A stretch of DNA of 50,135 nt from Christensenellales bacterium (GTDB lineage Bacteria > Bacillota > Clostridia > Christensenellales > CAG-138), in assembly GCA_045224495.1 (NCBI GenBank), contig JBGVAK010000071.1, positions 1 to 50,135 on the forward strand, in the 5' to 3' direction. Positions within the stretch are counted from its first letter, which is position 1. Each line of letters opens with the position of its first letter. A model generated the notes under the pieces. That model did not search any database, had not been told where the DNA came from, and was given only the letters and a program-made list of their open reading frames with translations. Shown in pieces: positions 43,120 through 50,135 of the stretch. Made by a program: the position numbers and the translations under genes.

Positions 43120-44901
43120 ATGAAGAAGATTTTTGCTCTGCTGCTCGTGGCTGCCATGCTGTTCAGCCTCGCCGCGTGCACCCAGTCCGCTGCGCCCGCC
43201 TCCGAAGCCCCTAAGGCCGAGGAGCCCGCGAAGGCCACCGAAGCCCCCAAAGCCGAAGAGCCGAAAGCTGCTGAAGTCCCTGCCGCTGCAGAACCCGCGT
43301 ATACGGACGGCGTCTGGATGTGCTCCAGCGATGCGACCCATTTTGTCCTTCTCAAACTGAAGGAGGACGGCACCTTCTACGCCCGCGGCCTCATGGGCCA
43401 GCAGGGTTTCTTCGGCAAGTACGAGGTGGTGGATATGGCCGTCGAGTATTACGATGCCAAGGCGGACGGCGTTCTCAAGCAGGAGGATATGCCCTTTGAC
43501 GTGCTGAAGTCCGAAAAGGCTGTGAAGTTCATGCACGAGGACGGCACGCCCTACGAAGTTCGTCAGGAGCCCGCTTCCGTAAAGATCGACGGCAATCCAA
43601 CGCCCATCGACGCCATCAACGACGGCCTCGGCAAGGAGTATGTGGCGCTGGCCGGCGAGATGCTCCATCACGTGGCTTTCGACGATTACAGCCGTTCCCT
43701 GACCCACAAGCCCAATGAGAAGTTCTCCGAAGCCGACGAGATCCGGAACCTCCTCTACAAGTTCATGGTGGCTGAAGTCTCCGAGAAGAACGCCGCCGAG
43801 GGCTGGAAGCAGCAGGAACTGACGTTGGAGCTGTATCACAACGGCTATGTGGATATGGCGACCGGCGATGAGCTGGTGGACGAGTCCTATCAGAAGATCG
43901 AGGGCAACGTCTATACCCTGGCCGACGGTGCCACCGTCACCGTGGACCCCGATGCCTACACCGCCGTTTACCAGAAGGGCGATGTGAAGATCGACTTCGT
44001 GAAATTCAATGAGAACGGCTCCGAGGCTGCCGCCGCTGTCAAGGCCCAGTATGAGGGCGAAGCCTTCAGCGGCAAGGTCAAGCTGGTGGCCAAGATGTTC
44101 GACGACGGCACCATCGTGATCTACGGCAACGACAAGGAGCTCTCCAAGGGCACCTATGAAGGCGCCGGCCTCCCCACCATCACCCTGGACAAGGGCACCG
44201 CCAAGATCAAGGCCACCTCCGCCACCGACGTGAAATTGATTTTCACCGCCGATCTTGGCAACGGCTCCGAAGCCGACTACGAGTTGGCTAAGGTGGAAGT
44301 CACCGCCGAAGCCCCCGCTGCCCCCGCCGTGGTCGCTCGCTATGAAGGGGAAGCCTTCAGCGGCGCCGTGAAGCTGGTCGCTGAGATGTATGACGACAAC
44401 TCCATCGTCATCTGCGGCAACGACAAGGAACTGACCCGCGGCACCTACGAGGGCCAGGGTCTGCCCAAGATCACCCTGGACAAGGGTACGGCCGAAATCA
44501 AAGCCACCTCTGCCACCGACGTGAAGCTGGTCTACACCGCGGATTTGGGCAACGGCAAGGAAGACAGCTATGAGCTTCCCAAGGTGGAGATCGTCGCCGA
44601 GACCCCGGCCGCTGCGCCCGCTGTGGTCGCCCGGTATGAAGGAGAAGCCTTTGGCGGCGCGGTGAAGCTCTTCGCCGAGATGTATGACGACAACACCATC
44701 GTCATCTGCGCCAACAAGGGCGGCGAGGACGTGGAGCTGGCTCGCGGCACCTACGAGGGCCAGGGCCTGCCCACCATCTCCCTGAACAAGGGCACTGCCG
44801 AAATCAAGGCCACCTCCGCCACCGACGTGAACCTGGTCTTCAACGCGGACATCGGCACCGGCTCCGCTGCCGATTACATTCTGGCCAAGGTGAACAACTG
44901 A
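43120..44901 (+). CDS. Lipoprotein with an Ala/Pro/Glu/Lys linker and three C-terminal tandem repeats
   Basis: ORF 42919.. trimmed to ATG 43120 after AGGAGGA. Lipobox MKKIFALLLVAAMLFSLAAC. No family recognised. Confidence 0.85.
   Translation: MKKIFALLLVAAMLFSLAACTQSAAPASEAPKAEEPAKATEAPKAEEPKAAEVPAAAEPAYTDGVWMCSSDATHFVLLKLKEDGTFYARGLMGQQGFFGKYEVVDMAVEYYDAKADGVLKQEDMPFDVLKSEKAVKFMHEDGTPYEVRQEPASVKIDGNPTPIDAINDGLGKEYVALAGEMLHHVAFDDYSRSLTHKPNEKFSEADEIRNLLYKFMVAEVSEKNAAEGWKQQELTLELYHNGYVDMATGDELVDESYQKIEGNVYTLADGATVTVDPDAYTAVYQKGDVKIDFVKFNENGSEAAAAVKAQYEGEAFSGKVKLVAKMFDDGTIVIYGNDKELSKGTYEGAGLPTITLDKGTAKIKATSATDVKLIFTADLGNGSEADYELAKVEVTAEAPAAPAVVARYEGEAFSGAVKLVAEMYDDNSIVICGNDKELTRGTYEGQGLPKITLDKGTAEIKATSATDVKLVYTADLGNGKEDSYELPKVEIVAETPAAAPAVVARYEGEAFGGAVKLFAEMYDDNTIVICANKGGEDVELARGTYEGQGLPTISLNKGTAEIKATSATDVNLVFNADIGTGSAADYILAKVNN
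44050..44898 (+). repeat. Three in-frame tandem repeats of about 97 aa (291/294 nt)
   Basis: Units start at 44050, 44341 and 44635. Each reads YEGEAF(S/G)G.VKL.A.M(F/Y)DD..IVI.....EL..GTYEG.GLP.I.L.KGTA.IKATSATDV.L....D.G.G....Y.L.KV. Confidence 0.9.
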
Positions 44902-45094
44902 ACGGACCATACGACGTAATCCCAAACGATTTACCGGCCGGGGCGCTCTACTCCACAGACAATAGACGCCCCGCCTGAAAAAAAGGAGGAAAGACCGGCA
45001 TCTCCCGGTGCGGCAGTGTGGAGACCTGTCGTAATGCAGAGTGACATCTGCGAGGACGCCCCTTGCGGAGGCAGAGCGTTCAGAGACAAGCAAA

Positions 45095-46273
45095 ATGGCA
45101 ACCGTACAACTCAAGAACATCAAGAAGGTCTACCCCTACATCAGCGGCGAACAGAAGAAGTCCAAGAAGAAGGAAGACCAGCCGGAAAAGAAGAAAGTCA
45201 ACCTGCAGATCACCGATGAGGGCGTCGTCGCCGTCCAGCAGTTCAGCCTGGACATCGCCGACAAGGAGTTCATCGTCCTCGTCGGCCCCTCCGGCTGCGG
45301 CAAGTCCACCACGTTGCGCATGGTCGCCGGCCTCGAGGAGATCACCGACGGCGAGCTCTTGATCGACGGCAAGCTGGTGAACGACATCCCGCCCAAGGAC
45401 CGGGATATCGCCATGGTCTTCCAGAACTACGCTCTGTACCCCCACATGACCGTGTACGAGAACATGGCCTTCTCTCTGAAGCTCCGCCATGTGCCCAAGG
45501 CCGAGATCGACAAGAAGGTGAAGGAAGCAGCGGAGATCCTCGACATCACCCAGTATCTGAACCGGAAGCCCAAGGCCCTGTCCGGCGGCCAGCGGCAGCG
45601 TGTGGCCATCGGCCGCGCCATCGTCCGGGCCCCCAAGGTCATGCTCATGGACGAGCCTCTTTCCAACCTGGACGCCAAGCTCCGCAACGAGATGCGGGCC
45701 GAGATCATCAAGCTCCGCAAGCGCATCGACACCACCTTCATCTACGTGACCCACGACCAGACCGAGGCCATGACCTTGGGCGATCGGATCGTCATCATGA
45801 AGGACGGCTATATCCAGCAGATCGGCACCCCCCAGGAGGTATTCAACCATCCCGCGAACCTGTTCGTGGCCGGATTCATCGGCATGCCGGTGATGAACTT
45901 CTTCGACGCGAAGCTGGTCCGCGAAGGCAGCAAGTACTTCGTGGAGGTAGGCGGCTATCGCCAGGAGCTCTCCCCCGAGAAGGAGGAGCGCCTTTACAAC
46001 AAGGACGTCCAGAGCCAGGACATCACCCTGGGCGTGCGTCCGGAGCACACGGACGTGGCGGACGAGGGCGTGGAGGCCCGGGTGGACGTGGCCGAGATGA
46101 TGGGTTCCTCTGTCCATCTGCACGTGAACGCCGAGGGCCGGGACGTGATCATCATCGTGCCCACCACGGACATGAAGGGGAACTACGAGATGGGCGACAC
46201 GGTCCGCTTCTCCTTCCAGGGCAACGTAGCCCACGTCTTCTCCAAGGAAAACGATCGGAATTTGGAGTTCTGA
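45095..46273 (+). CDS. MsmX/MsmK/UgpC-type sugar ABC ATP-binding protein
   Basis: Trimmed to ATG 45095. Walker A GPSGCGKST, signature LSGGQRQR, Walker B LMDEPLSNLD, and a Lys-rich insert SGEQKKSKKKEDQPEKKKVN near the N-terminus. Confidence 0.9.
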   Translation: MATVQLKNIKKVYPYISGEQKKSKKKEDQPEKKKVNLQITDEGVVAVQQFSLDIADKEFIVLVGPSGCGKSTTLRMVAGLEEITDGELLIDGKLVNDIPPKDRDIAMVFQNYALYPHMTVYENMAFSLKLRHVPKAEIDKKVKEAAEILDITQYLNRKPKALSGGQRQRVAIGRAIVRAPKVMLMDEPLSNLDAKLRNEMRAEIIKLRKRIDTTFIYVTHDQTEAMTLGDRIVIMKDGYIQQIGTPQEVFNHPANLFVAGFIGMPVMNFFDAKLVREGSKYFVEVGGYRQELSPEKEERLYNKDVQSQDITLGVRPEHTDVADEGVEARVDVAEMMGSSVHLHVNAEGRDVIIIVPTTDMKGNYEMGDTVRFSFQGNVAHVFSKENDRNLEF

Positions 46274-46310
46274 CCAATAGCTTTTTCGTGCTAACCTCCT
46301 TAGCATCGCA

Positions 46311-46352
46311 GGAAAGCCAGCCGAAAAGAACCGGCTGGCTTTCCCATTTTTT
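46311..46352 (+). terminator. Intrinsic terminator
   Basis: GGAAAGCCAGCCG-aaaagaa-CCGGCTGGCTTTCC followed by CATTTTTTG. Confidence 0.75.
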
Positions 46353-46374
46353 GATCAGGTTTCTGCCCGTTTTC

Positions 46375-47218
46375 TGGCTCTTCAACAAAAAGTGTGGAAT
46401 GGTCTTCTGACAGAAGGCAGAGACAGATATTTGATCAAGGTGAAAAAGTAGTCGTCGTTGCGGAACCCGTAACCGATACGCTTGGCAACCTTGATCTTGT
46501 TATTGAACCCTTCCAGCTTGCCGGTGCTGATCGGATAAACAGCGTGGGAGATCAAACCTTCCAACCGCTTTTCCTTCAGCTCCGCGAATTTGACCAGCTG
46601 CGGGATATGGCTCGCTTTCGCGGCGTTGAACCAGGCAGTCCATCTCTCTTCAGCGATATCCGGATCGTCCAGCTCAAACAATTCGGACATCTCTTCCTTC
46701 ATTGCATAACATAAAGCCAGGCTGCTGTGATCCGACAGGATCTGTTTCAAAGATTCGGCCTTGCTGCCCTTCAGCTTCCGTCCGGACATCAGCAGATTCC
46801 ACCGGCTGGACTTGATCGCGGAATATGTATGAAGTTCCTCTCTGGCGGCTGCTTTGGTCTCTTTCCTCTTCGCAGGGTCTGCCTCCCGGAGAAGAGCGTC
46901 CTGATACTCGTGTGACCGCGCCTGATGCGCCTTTGCTTCCTCCAGCCTGACGGAACCAAGAACATCCTTCCCGAACTGCGCCTGCATATGGTATCTGTCG
47001 TACACGATCCTTGCCTGCGGCAGATGTTTTTCGACCAATATATGGTAGGACGCATTCATATCCATGGCGATTGCCTTTACTTCTGAAAGAAGGGAAAGGT
47101 CATATTCCTCAAAGAACTTTCGAAAATGCAGAGTATAATCTCTAAATCGAGGGAAGAATTGTCGCATGACATGCGACCTCCTTTGTTCGTGCTCTGCTAT
47201 ACTATGACCATCAACCAA
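46375..47218 (-). mobile_element. ISL3-family insertion sequence remnant (right end plus DDE part only)
   Basis: The transposase C-terminus is present and GGCTCTTCAACAAAAAGTGTGG at 46375 looks like a terminal inverted repeat. No N-terminal half or left end is found in the window. Confidence 0.6.
46382..47167 (-). pseudogene. ISL3 transposase, C-terminal fragment
   Basis: AMDMNASYH, IVYDRYHM and TGKLEGFNNKIKVAKRIGYGFRNDDYF are DDE_Tnp_ISL3 blocks. The zf/HTH N-terminus and the first catalytic Asp region are missing. ATG 47167 is preceded by AAGGAGG. Confidence 0.7.
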
Positions 47219-47232
47219 GCAAGGAGGTTACC

Positions 47233-47889
47233 ATGAGGACCATTCGAGTAAAAGGTAAAGGACAAATTCGCGTTAAGCCTGACGAGACCCGGATCACCCT
47301 GTCGTTGGAGGGGCTCTATCCCGAATATGGCGAGACCCTTCGCCGGTCCGCGGAGGATACGGAAAAGATCAAGGATCTCCTGACGGGGTTGGGGTTTGCG
47401 CGGACAGACCTGAAGACCCTGAACTTCAACGTGGACACGGAGTACGAGAGCTATCAGGTGAAGAACACCTATAAGCAGCGCTTCGTGGGTTACAAGTACC
47501 ACCATCAGATGAAATTGGAGTTCGATTCCGACAACCATCGGCTGGGGAAGGTGCTCTACGCTCTGGCCAATTGCCCGCTGCAGCCGGAGTTTCGCCTGAG
47601 CTACACGGTGAAGGACCCGGAAGCCGCCAAGAACGAGCTGCTGGGCAAAGCGGTGGCGGACGCCCAGGCGAAAGCCCAGACTCTGACCCAAGCAGCGGGC
47701 GTCACACTGAAGGACATCCAAAGCATCGACTATTCCTGGGCCCAGGTCAACTTTGAGGTCGAACCCATGAGCCGGATGCTCATGAGGTCGGACTGCGCCG
47801 CCAAGGGCGTCGACAGCTACGACATAGACATCGAACCTGACGACATCCAGGTTTCCGATACCGTGGCGATCCTGTGGGAAATCGGCTAA
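47233..47889 (+). CDS. SIMPL (DUF541) domain protein
   Basis: 218 aa. The start IRVKGKGQIRVKPDETRITLSL and the segment KNELLGKAVADAQAKAQTLTQAAGVTLKDI match the SIMPL pattern. No signal peptide seen. Confidence 0.75.
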   Translation: MRTIRVKGKGQIRVKPDETRITLSLEGLYPEYGETLRRSAEDTEKIKDLLTGLGFARTDLKTLNFNVDTEYESYQVKNTYKQRFVGYKYHHQMKLEFDSDNHRLGKVLYALANCPLQPEFRLSYTVKDPEAAKNELLGKAVADAQAKAQTLTQAAGVTLKDIQSIDYSWAQVNFEVEPMSRMLMRSDCAAKGVDSYDIDIEPDDIQVSDTVAILWEIG

Positions 47890-48186
47890 GTTGACACCTT
47901 CCCTCACAAAATGAGCTCAGCTTCAATCGGTGTCATTTTATCATCAGTTGCGCATGCCCGGATTATTCGGCTAAACATTTGCACACTTTTTTCAGCAGTC
48001 CTCTGAAAAAGAGCAATAAAAAGCGGAACGGGGTGCATATTGTACCCTGCTTCGTTTATAGTAAAGTTTTGTGAAAACACTGCCTCTGGCATGCTGATTG
48101 GCCTTTGTTCTCGGCAGATATTTGTTCTTATCAAAGATTGGCCGAAAAATGATTGACCGTCATGATGTAATTGAAAACATAATACA

Positions 48187-49143
48187 TTAATTCTGTATGG
48201 TATCTTTGATTATTGACTCTGCAAAATCTTTTGCCCCTGATAACAATTTGTGACAAAGCGCTTTTTTGTTCTGCTCATTCTGCGTAGAAGTAAACATACT
48301 TTTGTTACGTTTGAAGACGCCATTCACCTTGTCATAATCTGCTGGCACTTCAAATACATTTACCAAAAGATAAATGACATCATCTACAGTGAACCACTCG
48401 CCTTTATTCTCGTTAGTCACAATGTACATCGCCATGATGACCTGCTCCTTTGCGCCTGAGAGTGATTTTACTGCAGGGTAGTTTCCCACATTGAGGTCAT
48501 CAGCAGTTACAGAAGCATAAGCAGAAGGCGCTTTGTTTGTAGCCTTCCGTGTCTTCGTATGGGGTTTCTTGTCTGTATTATTCTCTTTCGGTTTATAATC
48601 CTTAATATAGGCTATACCAGCATCTGTCAACATATAGTACTTACCCGCTTTTGCACCTTCTGGCGGTTTAGTGTCCATTATATGACCTTTTTCAACAAGT
48701 CTGTATAATGACACACTTGGATTTTTAGGGGGTGTTCGCCTTGCCTCGGAATAATATCTTTTTACATCATCAATAAAGAACTCTTTCATCCCGTTTTTCA
48801 TTTCGTCAAAATAGGCAGCAAACAAAGTAAAATCCAGTTCAGATAGCGCCCCATACTGTTTCAAAAAGGCGGACAAATTGGTGCGAGAAAGATCATTTTC
48901 CGGTGAAGGTACAATCGTTTCCAGCTTCGACTCTTCACCCGCTTCAAGCATTGGTGCTTGAGATGCAGTTCCAATAAAATCTGACTGTACAGACGCTGTC
49001 TGCGTCCGAACCATTGCCTCAACAGCAGCGGGAAGAACGGCGTTCATGAAGTTTACACGCTGCTGCTCAACGACATCAGCTGGCCCCTCAGCTTTAAATT
49101 CAATAGCCCCAACCTTATATTCCAGTTTCAAAGTATCCTTCAT
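48187..49143 (-). CDS. Hypothetical protein (318 aa) with two similar winged-helix-like modules joined by a Lys/Thr-rich linker
   Basis: AT-rich ORF starting 12 nt after the upstream gene, with AGGAGGAATAATA preceding ATG 49143. No family recognised. Confidence 0.8.
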   Translation of the reverse strand: MKDTLKLEYKVGAIEFKAEGPADVVEQQRVNFMNAVLPAAVEAMVRTQTASVQSDFIGTASQAPMLEAGEESKLETIVPSPENDLSRTNLSAFLKQYGALSELDFTLFAAYFDEMKNGMKEFFIDDVKRYYSEARRTPPKNPSVSLYRLVEKGHIMDTKPPEGAKAGKYYMLTDAGIAYIKDYKPKENNTDKKPHTKTRKATNKAPSAYASVTADDLNVGNYPAVKSLSGAKEQVIMAMYIVTNENKGEWFTVDDVIYLLVNVFEVPADYDKVNGVFKRNKSMFTSTQNEQNKKALCHKLLSGAKDFAESIIKDTIQN

Positions 49144-49155
49144 TATTATTCCTCC

Positions 49156-49893
49156 TTACATTAAACCTGCACGGTTATATAGGTCTTCCAACATAACCCG
49201 ATACTCTCGGGCTATTCTATCAATATCAAGCTTCCCGGCAGTATAGGTTATCGAATGAGCTGAATAGTTCCCTACATCACGAAAAGCATCAAAGTTATTA
49301 GAGATTCTCGAAGGAATCCCCAAACTGGGGTTTTGACGTGCATCCTTAACGATTCCTTCAAGCATTTTGTGTGTTCCATCAGGTCTTGTTATGGCTGCTT
49401 CTACACCCTTGTTTTGATAAGTCAAAACGAGCAGCACTTCAAACAGTCGCCGCATAAGAACAGCACATGCATCGTAGCAGTTTTGCCCATAGCAGTGATT
49501 AATCTGATGAACTAACTTATCCAAATAGGGTTGTTTTCCGCAGAACTTTACTTCTTCTAACAACTCGTTATTTGATTCAATAGTTACCGTATCTTGCCAC
49601 AGTTGCCCGTATTCACGATCCAATGCCTGCAGCACTGCCGGTACAAATTCGAGTGCGTTCTTATCAGTTTTTGAGAAACAAAACGCTTTTCCCTTACCCT
49701 TTGTGAGATTGGTTTTCAATCTAGAAGTGTTCGGTTTACTGAAATTACACTCTTCCATCCAGGTTGCAATACTGGATACTTTGAACGCAACATCTCCCTC
49801 CTCCTTATAGTGAAAATAACACAGCATCTTCGCACGATCGACTTCAAGCATTTCTTTAAGTTCAGTAGTTTCCATATATTCTAATAGTTTCAT
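49156..49893 (-). CDS. Hypothetical protein (245 aa) with a DUF4145-like C-terminal domain
   Basis: Trimmed to ATG 49893 after GAGGGGTGA. The C-terminus CYDACAVLMRRLFEVLLVL...MLEGIVKDA...FDAFRDVGNYSAHS resembles the DUF4145 pattern as I recall it. AT-rich. Confidence 0.8.
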   Translation of the reverse strand: MKLLEYMETTELKEMLEVDRAKMLCYFHYKEEGDVAFKVSSIATWMEECNFSKPNTSRLKTNLTKGKGKAFCFSKTDKNALEFVPAVLQALDREYGQLWQDTVTIESNNELLEEVKFCGKQPYLDKLVHQINHCYGQNCYDACAVLMRRLFEVLLVLTYQNKGVEAAITRPDGTHKMLEGIVKDARQNPSLGIPSRISNNFDAFRDVGNYSAHSITYTAGKLDIDRIAREYRVMLEDLYNRAGLM

Positions 49894-49912
49894 CGAATCA
49901 CCCCTCATCTAA

Positions 49913-50135
49913 TTACCCTATCACTAATTTGTTCGTCTTCTTCAGATACTTCGCCGGGATCGGTTGATCGAGGCGCCAGGTGATGTTCATGGGGCGGGAG
50001 CCGTCGTGCTTCACATAAGTGGCCGTGCCCAGGAAGGTGTAGGCTGCTGCGCCGCCGGAAAGGCGATCCGATTTGAATTCGCGGACGAACAGGAGGACGC
50101 GGCTGCCGCGCTCCTGATGGTGGATGTACCGTTGA
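49913..50135 (-). CDS. C-terminal end of a DUF3427-domain protein, probably a helicase/nuclease fusion (5' part is beyond the window)
   Basis: Manual translation: ...QRYIHHQERGSRVLLFVREFKSDRLSGGAAAYTFLGTATYVKHDGSRPMNITWRLDQPIPAKYLKKTNKLVIG-TAA. The LFVR...YxFLG...G.KPM.I.W.L..PIP pattern typifies DUF3427 C-termini. High G+C. Confidence 0.6.
   Translation of the reverse strand, partial: QRYIHHQERGSRVLLFVREFKSDRLSGGAAAYTFLGTATYVKHDGSRPMNITWRLDQPIPAKYLKKTNKLVIG

Noticed and set aside
44050-44898. Regular ~291-nt tandem repeats that could be mistaken for a repeat array or satellite.
   Set aside because: They are in frame within a lipoprotein gene, have no spacer/repeat alternation of CRISPR dimensions, and differ mostly at synonymous sites. 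They are coding domain repeats.
43102-45123. 673-aa antisense ORF opposite the repeat lipoprotein.
   Set aside because: It is a shadow of the GC3-rich repeat gene. The sense strand has an RBS, a lipobox and coherent repeats.
47904-48134. 76-aa minus-strand ORF downstream of the AT-rich cassette.
   Set aside because: It has a TTG start without a Shine-Dalgarno sequence and no recognisable features. It is kept only as part of the non-coding-tail observation.

Overview
This 50.1 kb window has high G+C (most genes look above 60% by eye). The gene content suggests a Clostridia-type, possibly Oscillospiraceae-like gut anaerobe; that is an inference, since no search was possible. All family calls come from motif recognition by eye.

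Gene content, left to right:
- **purE-purC (1-1040):** start of a purine operon behind a promoter, a ZTP (pfl) riboswitch and its terminator.
- **Peptide-utilisation locus (1.2-13.9 kb):** isoaspartyl dipeptidase, a CAT-like acetyltransferase, an RpiR regulator, a five-gene Dpp/Opp-type ABC importer, an ornithine-cyclodeaminase-like enzyme, a C26 gamma-glutamyl hydrolase and an APC permease.
- **LysR / Cys-rich ORF / STAS unit (14.1-15.7 kb).**
- **Decayed integrative islet (15.9-19.85 kb):** tRNA 3' fragment, TnpV, an AT-rich cyclase-like orphan, a tripartite HipB/HipS/HipT module and a truncated, frameshifted integrase.
- **DUF1116-FdrA-microORF-acetate-kinase cluster (20.0-24.2 kb), then LrgAB.**
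- **Carbohydrate locus (25.4-46.3 kb):** GarR-like reductase, two LplB/C-type permeases, an FAD oxidoreductase, two unknown membrane proteins, an AraC regulator, two 2-hydroxyacid dehydrogenases, a large lipoprotein SBP, a GH42-like protein, a GH2, a MATE transporter, a repeat lipoprotein and an MsmX-type ATPase. A recurring operator-like motif ties much of this locus together.
- **Right end (46.4-50.1 kb):** an ISL3 remnant, a SIMPL protein, an AT-rich two-gene cassette, and the 3' end of a DUF3427 (helicase-associated) gene.

The best candidates for something undescribed are the two sharply AT-rich inserts:
- The cyclase-like gene at 16500-17600, appended to the HipBST operon.
- The DUF4145-like plus tandem-module pair at 48187-49893, directly behind the DUF3427 gene.

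No rRNA, intact tRNA or CRISPR array was seen.
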